From contig OX597822.1 of assembly GCA_951406725.2 (NCBI GenBank), positions 109,678,001 through 109,742,000 of the forward strand: a stretch of DNA of 64,000 bases, given 5' to 3'. Shown one piece after another: positions 42,258 to 57,397 of the stretch. The DNA comes from Octopus vulgaris (Eukaryota). The translations under genes and the position numbers were made by a program. A model generated the notes under the pieces. The model worked only from the letters and a program-made list of their open reading frames with translations. It did no database searches and was not told where the DNA came from. Each line of letters begins with the position of its first letter. Positions within the stretch are counted from its first letter, which is position 1.

Positions 42258-42292
42258 ATGTATTTATATATATGTATGTACGTGTGTGTGTT

Positions 42293-42334
<42 letters not shown>

Positions 42335-44056
42335 AGACGTTGAAGATTCATGCACTGTAGGTCGTCTAGATTTCTTATGGTAACATTTTTGAGCACTTAA
42401 GCAGATTCACAGATTTCTCACACTTTGTAAAGTTGAGGCAGAAAGAGGTGGAGCTATGTTGAAACTGTCTTGCTTCTGATTGGAGTTCCTAAGATTCTTA
42501 TTCTTGGTCTTGAGAGAGAACATATCTCGAATTAGTACCTGTTGTGGCTATGTTTTTGATTGGCCGAGGATGATCACGTGATGGGGTTTATAAACTCTTG
42601 TAATTTGTCCGCTACGTCTCTTTATCAACGGCATGTGACAATATACTTTGCGTCGTCGTAAGTTAATGCTGTCATGGTTGAGTGAACACGTCTTGTGACA
42701 CTCTCAAACAATCAAGACTGTCTGCAGGATCCTTTCAGTTCGACTGTCACTTTTCAATTTCTGTTCCAATTGATTTCGTACTAGGTGCAATGATGAGGTT
42801 TTGTATGCTAACCATTGATATGAAATTCATTTCCGCAATAAATAAAAAATTAAAGCAGTAATAGCTGTTAAAGTTTGCAAATTTGGGGTAAATTTAGCCA
42901 ATTGTAAACCACGGACACGTTCATATCTCTTTCCATAGTAACAAGCCAAGCAATTACCGAGTAGCTTACTCACGAGTTCACTTGTCGCTTATTAAATGCT
43001 GGTTGTGAGGTGTGGTAAGAATAATAATTAAAGAGGCTTTAAAAAAATTCTTTATTTTTTAGTTTTTGCATAAACGTAGGAATTCCACAAAACTTACCTG
43101 CAAATTCCCAAAAATAAAAACGTTACGATGTATTATATGGCATAAAGCAGTTTTCGGCCACTATTTCATTTGTTTATAGTTAACAACACGTGCTGTCACA
43201 CACAAGATGATAGCTTCCAAATCCTGTATTCTGACTGGGTAAATATGATCAAACTTTAAAACTCTATTCCAGTTTTAATAATTTTTTTCTGGAAAAAGCT
43301 AAATATCCCCCCGAGATTCAGTGTGAAAAATTGCAACGATACAACGAATTTTAAAATTATCACTAAGCTTTGAAATTTCTACAGATGCAACAAAGCAGAA
43401 AATATTTTGTCTGAAATGTCTGTCAAAATTAGTTGACGGAGATCACGTGATTAGCCTTAACATTTTTTGTAGGTTCCCTGCTATGTCCGTGCATTAATAT
43501 GGAACTATATGTTTGAGCCAAAAATTCTGGCTAACATGGTTGAATGAATATGTCTAGTGATAGGACCAGAAGAAGGCAATCTAAATTTTGCACGTTAGCT
43601 GTTAGAGTGGACGGTAGTGGTTCCTACGTAGTTCAGTCTGTGTTTTTTATGTGCTTGGCCACTTGGTGTTAAACTGATGGTATTATTAAATTAATATCTA
43701 ATTTTTCACCCTCATTTATGTATATATATATATATAGTTGAAATTTACAGAAAAACAAAAGATGGTGTGGGTAGGCTGGGAGGAGGAGAAGTTGAGATAT
43801 GAGTGTTAGCATCCATACATATATGCGGGGTGGGGTTCTGTGGTGTGTGTGTCATTCGAAGGGTAAACCGTTGCAAAATACATTGTGAAAAACCATACGT
43901 AACACCACCTCATTGCTTGGTCAGTCATGTGATCACGTATCACATATATATACGTGTGTGTATATAAGTGTATGCGTTTTCACATGCATATGTGTATTTA
44001 TATATACATATATATGATTTATGTACATATAATATATATATATATGTATGTGTGTG

Positions 44057-44103
<47 letters not shown>

Positions 44104-44988
44104 TTTTTTTGTGTGTGTGTGTGTGTGTGTGTGTACATATATAATTTAAATCAATTCTTTAATCTATATCTATTACTGTTAATGTGGAAATGGACCATAT
44201 CGTGTAGTTAATAGCGTATTGATTTCTTGGGGTTGAAAGTATTCTAGCGGATGACAAATTTCTTCAAGTAGAGTCATTGACTTTCTGAGAACTAACTGTC
44301 AGAAATTTAACGTATTACTGTGAAATGTTACATAATTATCGAAGCTTCAGGCCATAACTATCTGATTTCTATTTTTGCAACGCTTTCTTTAGATACTATG
44401 TTTCTTTTTCTGAGAGATAGAATTGCTTTCGATTGGCAGATTCAGTAGATCGAATAACATTCTTCTTTACAGTTTTTAGTTAAAACCCGCTCCTTTTTTT
44501 TTTGTTCAAATTCATCTGCATTTAATTTAAACTGATATGCATGTAGTGTGGATAAAAGAGGCACTAGTCAGAGAACTGTAACTGAGAATGGAGTTACCTA
44601 AAGAATCTTCAACATTGCCAAGATGTAAAAATTCATTATTTAGATGGAGCAGTTAGTTGAGCGCTGAACTGCACACTTTCACCTATTTAGATTCACTGCT
44701 TTATATTCAGAATTTTGACGAGACCATTCCAGAAAGGACGAGCTTTCTATCATTGTGTAGTCAGTGATATAAATGCCACTAACATACATATATGAATAAA
44801 ACTGTAGTAGTTCTAAATGTTCCTATGTTATGAATATCTATTTGTATTTAAGATTTTAAGAGTTATATACTCCATATGATAATTTTATTTGCAATAAAAT
44901 CGTTTACTAACATAATATTACATAAAGTCAAGAAAATACCTCTCAACCTCATATGACGTCGTCATTCTCCATATAAGTAGGAAGAAAA

Positions 44989-45198
<210 letters not shown>

Positions 45199-45549
45199 AT
45201 CCAGTGACATACTACTTGCAAAGAGTATGGTCTTCTATGCAGACATATCTAACCTACTATACTAATTCGAATCGATATCACTTTGCATTCGATTTACAGA
45301 TATGTATGAAAGGGGCTTTTTTTTTTATTTGTTTTTCCATATAAGCTGTTCTGCCAGGGGAAATAAAGAATATGAAACTATGTGGCACTTGACTGATAAC
45401 GCATGACCCCAAAACGATGTTTCTATAATTCTTCAGGCTATTTTTCATTTCAATATGGTATGTTTTTGGACAGATGTCAAGTTGCTTAAATCAGTTCATA
45501 TGTATTTTATGCACACAAATACATACCCACACGCACGCACACACACATG

Positions 45550-45667
<118 letters not shown>

Positions 45668-45695
45668 AATATATATATATGCAAATATATATATA

Positions 45696-45743
<48 letters not shown>

Positions 45744-48121
45744 TACACTTGTTTATATGTACAAGTATGTTGATAAATGTATGTATAGATACCTATCTGG
45801 AGAAATAGAGAAATACATAGATAGACAGACAGAAAGAAAAACAGACGCATAGATATCTGCATACATACATTATTAAATATGTGTTTGTACATTCGAGCGT
45901 GTAGCGCGTGTGTATACATGGCTATCAGTTTGAATATACGTACTTATGAATATACAAGAAGCCATACACGTAGCATGATTTTCCTCAAAGGAGTTGATTA
46001 TATTCCATTAATACTGGCACATATTCTGGTAAAAAGTATCGTCGTCCCTTCTTAAAATTCTATTTGACAGATATAAAATCGTAGATCTGATTTATAATGT
46101 CTGGCAGAATGGTTCACGTTTTATGATAAATGTATACACTATTGAAGCAATCGAAGTTTATGATCACATGATTTATTTATTATTAGATATACTTTAAATT
46201 CCCACTCTTTTAAAGTTACCTTTTTTGTCTTAAGCACTTCGAAAAAAATGTATATATTTATGTGCCCTTTCTTCATTGATAGGATCAGCGTTCACAACCT
46301 TTGAATATATCGTCGGGCACATGATGTTTAATTTGTTTATTTGTAGGAATATATATTCAGATAAAATATATGTGGATGGATATTTATAAACGATATCACT
46401 AGTCTATTGTAAATATTCAGCTATTTATTTAGTACAATTTCGGAACGAGTCGAATATTGATGGAGTTGGGTGACTGGTTATATAGTTCGGGGAAGAACTT
46501 TCCATTCCGACGTTAATAGTAACGGAAATCAGAAAGACTACTTTCATGGCTACTGAATCTAACATACCGATTAGTTGTTGTGTTATAAACAACGGAACAG
46601 AGTTCGTTTCGACGCACTTCTTATTCTGCACTACAATTCATGTTTCACGTACTCATTTCAGTATACTAATTTCTGTTTTTGTATACATAATTCTACGTAA
46701 AGTTAGGTTAACTAGCAATTGATAATACATACTTAAGTTTCAAAGCCACAAAACTAAATATTCCAATTAGAATCCGTGATGAGTATTTAGTTATATAATG
46801 AAATAAATTCAAATATAAGTTTAGTATAACTCATACAAAAAGAAAAAAGTGATATATTCTTAGAATTGAAAGGATTACTATATTCTATATTCTATATTCT
46901 TAGAAGTGAAAGGATTACTCAACAATTGTTCTCCATTTTATATAGAATTAAATATAATTCTAAGAAAATTTGTTTCTTAAATGATGGCTCAATTTGCTTA
47001 TCGATCATATGAAAAGTAAGAACACAATTATTTTACCTCATTCAGTTATCGAAAACAGTGTAATATATAATTTGGTGTTTGCACACAGGACCGAAAAAAT
47101 ACTTTCAGTATACCGCTCTTAAAGGTGACGGAGTCGGCTTCGTTGCAAAATATATGTTTTTCTCATAGAAATACCAAACTTGATATTAAAATGAAAAAAA
47201 GGAGGCAATATGTATACAATTAGAAACAAACAAACAAACTTAAAATTAGCTAATAAAAATATAATATCCACACCAACCAATACTTTTAATTTATAAAAAC
47301 TTTCCATCAGGATGTTTTTTATCAACAGGTAGTGGAAGGGGAATTCTTCTAGAAATGATACCAAACATTAACCTATCGAACGAAAACATAATGGTAAAAG
47401 GTATTTTTAAAATATTCATCCAAGTCATTGATTTCATTAAATGATAGACTGTCTTCTTGATAGTTGAAAAAAAAAATTGAACCAATCCTCAGTAATTAAT
47501 CATATACAAAGCGTGCAGCTTTCGAATTCAGAAAGTTCAGACTTCTGCAGCAAAGAGAAAGGAAGCCACAACATTTCTAGATGACCAATCAAAGAAAGGT
47601 TCCGTGTTCTTGCTAACACTCACAATTATATAAAGTGTCGAATACATTTTAAGTTTGGACATGCTTAAATCGATTACTATTTTCTACATTGTAGCTTTTA
47701 GGAATAATTTAACTTTACAAATTACAAAGTAAATATTCTTTTGATAACTAATTTAGATTCTATTGCTGCTAATTTCTTAATTACTTCTTGGTCTCAGAAA
47801 GGCGTTGCATTTGATGATCAAAGAACGCAATCTGTGCACAGTCTGTAATCGATTGATTTCTCTAAATTTATGACTTCCACAATAATATATATTATGTAAT
47901 GCGGGCGGAGAATCTGAGAACCTGTGTGTGTATGCGTTTGCTTATGTGTGTCGACGTGCGAGTGTTTGTGCATAAGAGAAACGATGTAACTCGCCCACAA
48001 GTACACACAGACCACACACACATAATCGCATCACAAAACGCATTTACACACACATTTATGCATACGAATATATGTGTGTGTTTGTGTGTGTCTGCGTGTC
48101 TGCGTGTCTGTGAGTGTGCGA

Positions 48122-48209
<88 letters not shown>

Positions 48210-48210
48210 C

Positions 48211-48296
<86 letters not shown>

Positions 48297-49345
48297 ATAC
48301 ATATATATATATATATATATTAATACATGTATCAATATATATATACTCACATATATATATATGCGTATGTATATGCATGTATACTTGTTATATAAGTGCA
48401 TACATTAATATGTTTATGTATAATATATGCATATGTGTGTGTCTGTGTTGTACTCATATATGTATGCATAATAGACAAATATATGTTTCGTATGATTGTG
48501 CTGCAGATAAATACTGGTGTATATTTGAGACATTGACACCTTTTAAATTAGTAATTCAGTCCTTTATAACGTTATGATATATCAAATTAGAGGGTAAGAT
48601 TATATTAGTTAGTGGTTAGCTAGTTAATGTCTGAATTTGGTGATGCCCCATTGATGTTTATTAGTCTATAATTTACAAACATTTTGCTGCTGATTATGTC
48701 CGCAAATTTCTTCTTCAGTTCTCCTACGTTCATATAAGTTCAGATTTACGTTTTATTTGTACATTTACTTCAAAGCCTTAAAGCTTTTGTTCTTCTCACC
48801 GTTGTATATATTATTATTCGAGCGTCAGTATGTATGAAACACACATTGTTGACGCCAAAAATCATGCTTTCATCTCATACCATGAACAGTCAAAATATGC
48901 GTTGGTCATTCGCGTAGAGGGTATATCATTTTACTTTTTGCATATGAACATTTATCATTACACTGAAATTATTTAATTTACATCAACAATATACATCATT
49001 TTATCGTAAATGAATTCCATCGCAATTTATGCCTTCCATTATGTCTTTTTTTTTTCCTTTAATAGTTTTCTGTTAATATCTACAGACATAGTTTTATATC
49101 AGAAGTTGATTCAGTCTTCGAACGAATCATTAGCAAGTCTTACCTCCGTTAAATATTAAATTGCATTTAGAAGAAGACAGTTAAAAGTGTATTTAAAATA
49201 TGATGCGCTTTAACCTTTTTCCAAATATGGGATAATCTAAAATTACCATTGTAAGTTCATCAACTGATTCATAGAATATTGTTTCCCTTAGCAACACCGG
49301 TATATAAAACAGAGCTGACAGTCTATGCAACACACTATTTTTCAT

Positions 49346-49654
49346 TTTTTTTGTCGACCTTTTCAATCCTAGCCGGGCTCATGGGCCCGGTTTCCCGCTT
49401 TCTGTGGCGTATGTGTTCCCCCCAGCTAGACGGGACAGCAGTCCATCGCAGCATGACTCAAGAAACAGGAAGAGAGAGTGAGAGAAAGTTGTGGCGAAAA
49501 AGTACAACAGGTGTCGCCACCACCCCATGCCGGAGCCTCGTGGAACTTTTAGGTGTTTTCGTTCAATAAACACACACGACGCCCGGTCTGGAAATCGAAA
49601 CCGCGATCCTCCCACCGCGAGTCCGCTGCCCTAGCCACTGGGCAATTGTGCCTG
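49346..49654 (-). mobile_element. tRNA-derived SINE with 15-bp TSD
   Basis: TSD cacactatttttcat at 49331-49345 and 49655-49669. Head/body as 12545, tail as 6241. Confidence 0.9.
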
Positions 49655-50294
49655 CACACTATTTTTCATAGTATGTCATAATTATAAGAGCCAATTGACA
49701 ATGACAGATAAAAACATTGGACCACATTTATATATGAAATAGTTACTAGAATGGTTATACTCATGCACTGAGAAATAGAAATCTTGCTACTCAAATTGCA
49801 GAGTGTCTAATATAGAGAATGCAAGAAGTATTATGAAAGTAAAGAATGTTATCTTGAAGAAAAGTAATTCAAAACAGCAAACATTCTTCCAATGTTGCCT
49901 GCAACAAATAACAAACACAATTCAGAAACATTTCCGTTTAGGTTTTCGTTTTTCATTCTGTAAATAGTATAATACTATAAGAACTGGAGTGATGCCATTT
50001 CATAATGACATTTTCTAAAACTAACAATGTAGATTATGTTGTAGGCATTATACGCAAATCGAACTATATATATTTCATTGATGGTTTTGAATTTTGACCC
50101 TACAGGAAAAGTCTATAGGAAAGCATGGATAGAAAGTGAATTATTTATACGTATTTTTTTTTACAATTAGTGAAATTTGTTCATGCGATATTTTCTTAAT
50201 ATACATGCACACATAAATTATGATAAAGTCGTGCTGGTGATTGTCGTAGTAAAAATTGTTTTGGCTATATGAACAAAGCCTGAGATTATGCGGT

Positions 50295-51270
50295 TGGGGT
50301 GTCTAGTCAATACCATCGCACCCAGTCCTTGACTAGTACTTATTTTGTCAAATCCCAAAAGGAGGAAAGACAAAGCCGAAAGAAATGCTGCTAAACATTT
50401 TGTTCGGAATACTCACGGTTCTGCCAGCACTCTGCACAAATGATAATATTTTCTGATTTAGAAATAAGGCCAACCATTTTGAAGGGAGCAGGTTGAAAGA
50501 AAACGTCGTTCCTAGTGCTGTACTCAGAATTTATTTTATTAACTCCAGAGGGATCAAAGTCAAAGTTGTCTTCGGTGGGATTTGAACTCGGAATATAAAG
50601 ACTCACAATATAATGTGTCAAAGCATTTCCCCAACGTTTTTAATGATTCTCATAAATAATGGTGTGACAAATTTCTGTGAAGGGTATAATCGACTACATT
50701 TAACGCAATACTCAGCTAATGTTTAATTCTAGATATACATTTTTTTATTAAACTAATGTAATGAATCGGAGTTGTTGCAGCACAGAACCGACCAAGTCAA
50801 AATTTGAACTCAGAAATTGGAAATTTGTATGAAACTTTTTATGACCCTCAAACTTCGGTAACCCCTTGAACTCACGAGTATGCTTTGGCGAGAGAGATTT
50901 CGTTTGACTGTACGCCTGGAAGTCGCAAAAGTGGGAAGTCATATTTTTCTGTGTTTACAGCTCCATAAGTTCAGGAAAATTCCTTATTTTCAACTGTTAA
51001 CACAAAATCCCTGTAGCTGCTTTCTTTTCCAGAGCCATCAACCCTCAAAAGCCTACTAGCGGATTCAAAGCTGTAATAATGATTTCTGATTAAGACACAA
51101 GGTCTTCATCTTTTAGGGCAGGTGGATTTTTTAGTCGATATAACTGACTAGTACTTTATTTAATTGAACCCGAAAGGAAGATAGGCAAATTTAATCTCGG
51201 TGAGATTTGAACTGAGAATATAAAGAGATGGAACAAATATCGCAGGGCATTTTTCCGACTCGGCCATCTC
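50295..51270 (-). mobile_element. Cluster of old diverged SINE copies (19008 family)
   Basis: Repeated degenerate gtacttattt...aaagtc...atttgaactc motifs at ~50330, 50530-50590, 50790 and 51150-51215. Confidence 0.6.
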
Positions 51271-51399
51271 CCCGATTTAAGGTTTTTGAATAATAATTTT
51301 ATTTAGTTGGAAGGATGCAATTTATTGTATCATCGCAGGTACATCTGTAATTCTTCCTTAAGCTACTAACCATAGAATTCACAAAATGCAGGATCTCAG

Positions 51400-51675
51400 C
51401 AAAATGGAGAAGTTCTTAACCGGAGAAAGCCGAAAGTTCAGCATAGATTGGCATATTTTGCGGAGAAAATCCCTGAAGAAGAACATCATGGTCGGAATGG
51501 TCAGTACCAAGAGAGGAAGAAGCCGACCAAGAACCCACTGGCTTGACACCATTAAGAGTGACACGGGAATGGCCATAGCCAAACAGAAAGAAGCGACCCA
51601 GGAAAGAACTGACTGGAGAACACTGATCCATCGAGTAACCGAGAGTCGACTTCGATTGAGCGGATAGATAGATAG
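51400..51675 (+). mobile_element. RTE-clade LINE 3' end
   Basis: HILRRKSLKKNIMVGMVSTKRGRSRPRTHWLDTIKSDTG...DWRTLIHRVTESRLRLSG* is the typical RTE ORF C-terminus; (GATA)n tail. Confidence 0.88.
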
Positions 51676-51784
51676 AGCAAAATGTCGAATACGAACTATA
51701 TACAACATTATAAATCTGGTAATAAAGACGTGTATTACGTATTCGTTAATTATGAATGATTTCTATTTGGAACCTTTGTATATA

Positions 51785-52018
51785 TATTTCTTTACAACCC
51801 ACAAGGAGCTAAACACAGAGAGGACAAACAAGGACAGACAAACGGATTACGTCGATTATATCGCCTTCAGGGCGTAACTGGTACTTAATTTATTGACCCT
51901 GAAAGGATGAAAGGCAAAGTCGACCTCGGCGGAATTTGAACTCAGAACGTAGCGGCAGGCGAAATACTGCTAAGTATTTCGCCCGGCGTGCTAACGTTTC
52001 TGCCAGCTCGCCGCCTTA
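51785..52018 (-). mobile_element. Young full-length SINE (19008 family) with 14-bp TSD
   Basis: TSD aacctttgtatata at 51771-51784 and 52019-52032. Minus head aaggcggcgagctggcagaaacgttagc...gagttcaaattcc. Confidence 0.9.
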
Positions 52019-53139
52019 AACCTTTGTATATAATGTAGTGTATACTTCAATTTTCACAAATAACATTTAGATGTCTTTGAATGCTACAAGAATAGTATAC
52101 AAACTACTGAGAATGGTTGCATAAATACACTCTGCGAGGTGGGATATTTCGCAAACAAGTATAAAACCATTGCCATGTATTTTGTTTTGATCTTCATATC
52201 ATTTAGCCAGCAGCTCACAAAGGAGATGCAGGCCAAATGATTTTTTTCCATTAAAATCGTTAATCAAACTCGTTTTGTGTCATTAAGAATATTAATCGAA
52301 CTTGCTTTGTCATAAACTGAGAGAACTATTACGCAAAGCTGTGTTGTATGTAGTCGATTTTTGTTCCTTTAGCGTTGCTATACTTACGACACAATTATTA
52401 TGATAAACATTCCTGAGCAAACTAATAACGTGTTCGCTAAAGCACAAATGGTTGTGCAGCATACACCGGGGAAAAAATTCCTGTTAGTCTGTAATGCAAA
52501 ACAATACAGTATGGAAGAGGAATAAAAATTTCTGTAGAATTATATGTTCGGTTAGATTACTTTAGTTGTTTAATCGTCTTTTGGTATGGTCTACAGAGCA
52601 GAGTGCATAATTTGATAATTTGACTACACGGTTAAGATGCATGTGAGTATGTATGCATATATGTATGTATGTATGCATGTACGTATGCATGTAAGTATGT
52701 ATGTATGTATGTATGTATGTACGTATGCATGTATGTACGTATATACAAATATGTATATATATATATATAGAAGCATGTGCTTTCAGCATTCGTATAGGAA
52801 TAGTACGTAAATTTAACGAGTGTAATCTGAGAGAAAGAATGTATCAGTACCTTTCCGGTGGGACTGATATAACAAAAAAAATGTTAAAGCTAAAAGCAGT
52901 TAGAAAAGAGAATGAACAAAAAGCATTATAGTAGATATTCACTAGGATTTGGAAACGTAGAACATGACGTGGGAAACTGAGCTGAGATATGGAATAAGGA
53001 AAAGCTAGCATTCAAACTACAGGATTTGTTAGTATAAAAAAAGACGTAATGATAAACTAATGATTAGCTATGGAGAAGATTAGAGAGTTGAAAGTTCGTC
53101 TCCATTCCAAGTATTACGAATGAAAATGTCAGCTAAATT

Positions 53140-53450
53140 TCGGGGGAAAGACTAAGTCGATTACAACAACCCTGTTCGCAACTGGTACTTATTTTATCAA
53201 CCCCAATAAGATGAAAGGCAAAGTCAAGCTCAGCGGAATCTAAGCGCGGAACGTAAAGACGGACAAATACAACTCAGTATTTTGCTCGGCGTGCCGATGA
53301 TTCTGCCAGCTCCCCACCATACAGTGGGGGATGGGCCGGAATAGGTTGATTACATCAACTGTAGAAAATATAGTACTTATTTTATCGATCTAGGAATGGT
53401 GAAAGACAAATGGGCCCTCGGCAGAGCTTGAACTCGGGACGTAAAGACAG
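53140..53450 (-). mobile_element. Two diverged SINE copies (19008 family)
   Basis: aagtcgattac...ctggtacttattttatc...gatgaaaggcaaagtc occurs twice in degenerate form. Confidence 0.7.
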
Positions 53451-54674
53451 AGGAATGGATGTATATATTACTATTATTTATGTACAAGAGTATACAAACG
53501 CACATTAATTTGTGTGAGTGCCAGCAAATAAGGTAGAAGTCTAACACATTTTACTACAATTGTACTTTGCATCTACTAATAACACTCTCATTCAATTAAA
53601 GCTTCACCTCTCTTAGCCTATTCTTCAAAGCCTTTTAAATTGTCCCAGCTGATTCATTTTCAATGGACTGGAACCATTTTAAGGAAACACATTCATTATT
53701 ACAAATTTTGCGAAGTTGAGTGCTGGAACAATCACTAGCGTACCAAGCAATATGCTCAGCGGCATTTGTTCTGTTTTAACTTCTTTCTATTTCATCCTTT
53801 CCCTATTGATAAAGTAAGTTCCTTTTGTCGATGTAATCAACATACTACCTCTCGCGAAATTTCAGGCGTTATGCCTATAGTATAAATGATGATGATGATT
53901 ATTATTATTGTGTTGACCACGGGTTCATTTTATCGACTTTTTAGCCATGTGCCAATATTTCAAACCATTATTACTAATGTTTTGTTTTATGGAGTTATGA
54001 TAACAAACATCATTACGAAAATTCTGTCTCCAGTACAACTTCCACCACTAAAATCTACTCAGCTAATACTATAACAGAAAACAACAACCCTAGTTAAACG
54101 CTTCACTGTTCACTGGTCTTATACTTTGGTCTTCAACATCGCATTAAATCGTTTCTTGCCACAGATTTTGCATTTGTAGGACTTCATATAAATATTTTAC
54201 AATAGACATTCCTCTTTAGAGGTTTGTTTAAGACAAATTATGGGAGTATAATATGCTATGACGTTTACTGTGAGATAATTATCGTGAAAATCTGTTTATA
54301 TTCAGTATATCCAGGCGATTGTTATCCTGCAATAAGAATATTTATCTCTTTAAATCCCGATAAGCTCCAGAGTCAAATATTTTTTTATGTTAGTAAAGCA
54401 TTATTTTAAAATATTACAACATAAATTTGCCAATTTTGGTTGTATTCGCGTACACGCACACACATATGTATACAGGGAGAGAAAGGGGGGAGGAAGAGAG
54501 AGCGAGATATAGAGATATAAAGAGATCGAGTGTAAGATAGCCACATATATATATACACATACACGTAAATATATATATATATATATTCACCTGTGTATGT
54601 GTAAACACAGACTCTGATATATACTACACTGACGCTATGATAAATTGTGTATGTGTGGACATGTGTATGGGTGC

Positions 54675-54761
<87 letters not shown>

Positions 54762-54781
54762 TGTTTACATATATATGTATG

Positions 54782-54829
<48 letters not shown>

Positions 54830-54992
54830 CATATATATGTACACACATACACACACCTACACGCATACACACATACATGCACACACAGACACACACAGAC
54901 ACACACAGACACACACAGACACACACACATCATATAATATTTCGTTTACGCCTGAACCTCTTTTGGCAACAATATTCATTGATATATACAGC

Positions 54993-55395
54993 AAAGGCGG
55001 CGATCTGTCAGAAACGTTAGCACGCCGAGCGAAATGCTTAGCGGTATTTCGGCTAACGTTACGTTTGAGTTCAAATTCTGCCGAGGTCGACTTTAGCTTT
55101 CAGCCTTTCGGGCTCGATTAAATAAGTACCAGTTATGCCCTGGGGTCGATATAATCGACTTAATCCGTTTGTCTGCCCTTGTTAGTCCTATCTGTGTTTA
55201 GCCCCTTGTGGGTAGTAAAGAAATAGGTATTTTGTTTGTCTTTAAGTTCTGAGGTCAAATTACTTTCATCTGAGCTCAAATTTGCTTTCATCTTTCCGGG
55301 GCTGATAAATTAAATACCAGTTGCGTACTGGGGTCGATCTAATAGACTAGCACCACCCCCCAAAATGTCGGGCCTTGTGTCTGGAGTAGAAAAGA
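54993..55395 (+). mobile_element. SINE (19008 family), full unit plus partial second unit
   Basis: aaggcggcgatctgtcagaaacgttagc...gagttcaaattctgccgaggtcgac; reverse complement of 51785-52018. Confidence 0.88.
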
Positions 55396-55717
55396 TTATA
55401 TGTTCAGCAAAAACATGTATCATACGAAACGTTTCCGAGAATATGTGCTTACTCAATCTCATTTTAAGTCGAGAGGCTACAACTAACTTTCTGAAAACAT
55501 AGATTAATAGCTTTTACAACAACACTGTTCCGTGAAAACATTTGTCACGTGCAAACATATTCATGTATGTCAGTGTCATATACATATATATGTGTGTGTG
55601 TGTGTGCGAGCGCGTCGTATATCTTTGCATGTACATGTATATATTTATATATCAATATGCATATAATGTATATACGTATATGTAAAAAAATATTTATATG
55701 TATATACATATGTATCT

Positions 55718-56080
<363 letters not shown>

Positions 56081-56209
56081 CGCATATATGCACACAAAAT
56101 ATTTTATAGTTATATACATAATTATAACTAGGAATCGGTTTTATTTCCGCACTGCCTATCTGGTAAAATTGTTATTGATTTTAACCTTTATATAATTAAT
56201 ATCTGAATA

Positions 56210-56245
<36 letters not shown>

Positions 56246-56266
56246 CATATATACACACACACATAA

Positions 56267-56329
<63 letters not shown>

Positions 56330-56489
56330 TATACATATATATACATACAGATACACATATATATGAATACGTGTATATACATACATATATATTGATATGT
56401 AATTAAAATGTGTCCTTTCTCATGTGAAAATACAATACATAAAATTTTAGGTCATTTTCTCTCCTTCTGTATTATATATCTACACTCTT

Positions 56490-56550
<61 letters not shown>

Positions 56551-56759
56551 GCGCGCGAGGAAGTTTTGCTGAAGCATTGAGTGGTATAAATTTAAAGAGT
56601 TTTGTTACACATATGTGAGTGTGTGTTTAAATATATATATATATATATATAAGTAATAATAAAGGGTGAAATTAATTAAGAATTAGAAAATTCGGTGTGT
56701 TGGTGAGGCAATTCGTTGCTAAACCCTTAATTACTTATATATATATATATATATATTTA

Positions 56760-57210
56760 GTAGTGGTAAGACAACAAAAGAATGAAAGAGATCACGATAT
56801 TATGTAAATAGAAGAATTTATCTGTAATATAATATGTGACAATTATTCGGTTGCCATAATAAAACTCCGACTTTCGGATGTCGTGGCGGAAACCTGCACC
56901 GACATTCTTCAGTTATGGAGGCAATCAAAACATATGAAAATTACCGTTAACCGAAGGGGAATTTACTATGTAATTGACCGTTATTAAGACAAAAGTGTTA
57001 TTAGAATGACCGTTAAATATGGGAATACCCGAAGGGGAGGAATTAAAAAGTAAAAAATTCCTCCCCTTCTGTTTTTCCCTTATTTTTACGGTCATTTTCA
57101 TAGCATATTTTAATTGCCTCGATAAATGAAGAGTTGGTGGTACAGATTTCCACCCCAACATCCGAAACTCGGAGTTTTATTATGGCAACCGTATCATTGT
57201 CACATATATT

Positions 57211-57213
<3 letters not shown>
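56760..57213. mobile_element. Inverted pair of PLE pseudo-LTRs, each arm carrying a hammerhead motif
   Basis: Arms ~56823-56947 / ~57088-57213. Minus: ataa-CTGAAGA-atgtcg...cgacatcc-GAAAG-tcggagt-t-ttat (56854-56918). Plus: ataa-ATGAAGA-gttgg...ccaacatcc-GAAAC-tcggagt-t-ttat (57122-57185). Inner 14-bp hairpin 57031-57069. Confidence 0.7.
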
Positions 57214-57259
<46 letters not shown>

Positions 57260-57397
57260 AGCATATGCATTCATATATATAGATAGATATATATATGTAT
57301 ATGTATATATATATATACATTACATGACGCAAAAATATTTTTGCGTCATCTATAGAATCTACTTGTTCTCCCTCATGTTATCTTTTTATACTTTCAG

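Noticed and set aside
46430-46630. Relatively GC-rich patch as a cassette exon in the M3-M4 loop
   Set aside because: No convincing phase-0 acceptor/donor pair with an open frame.
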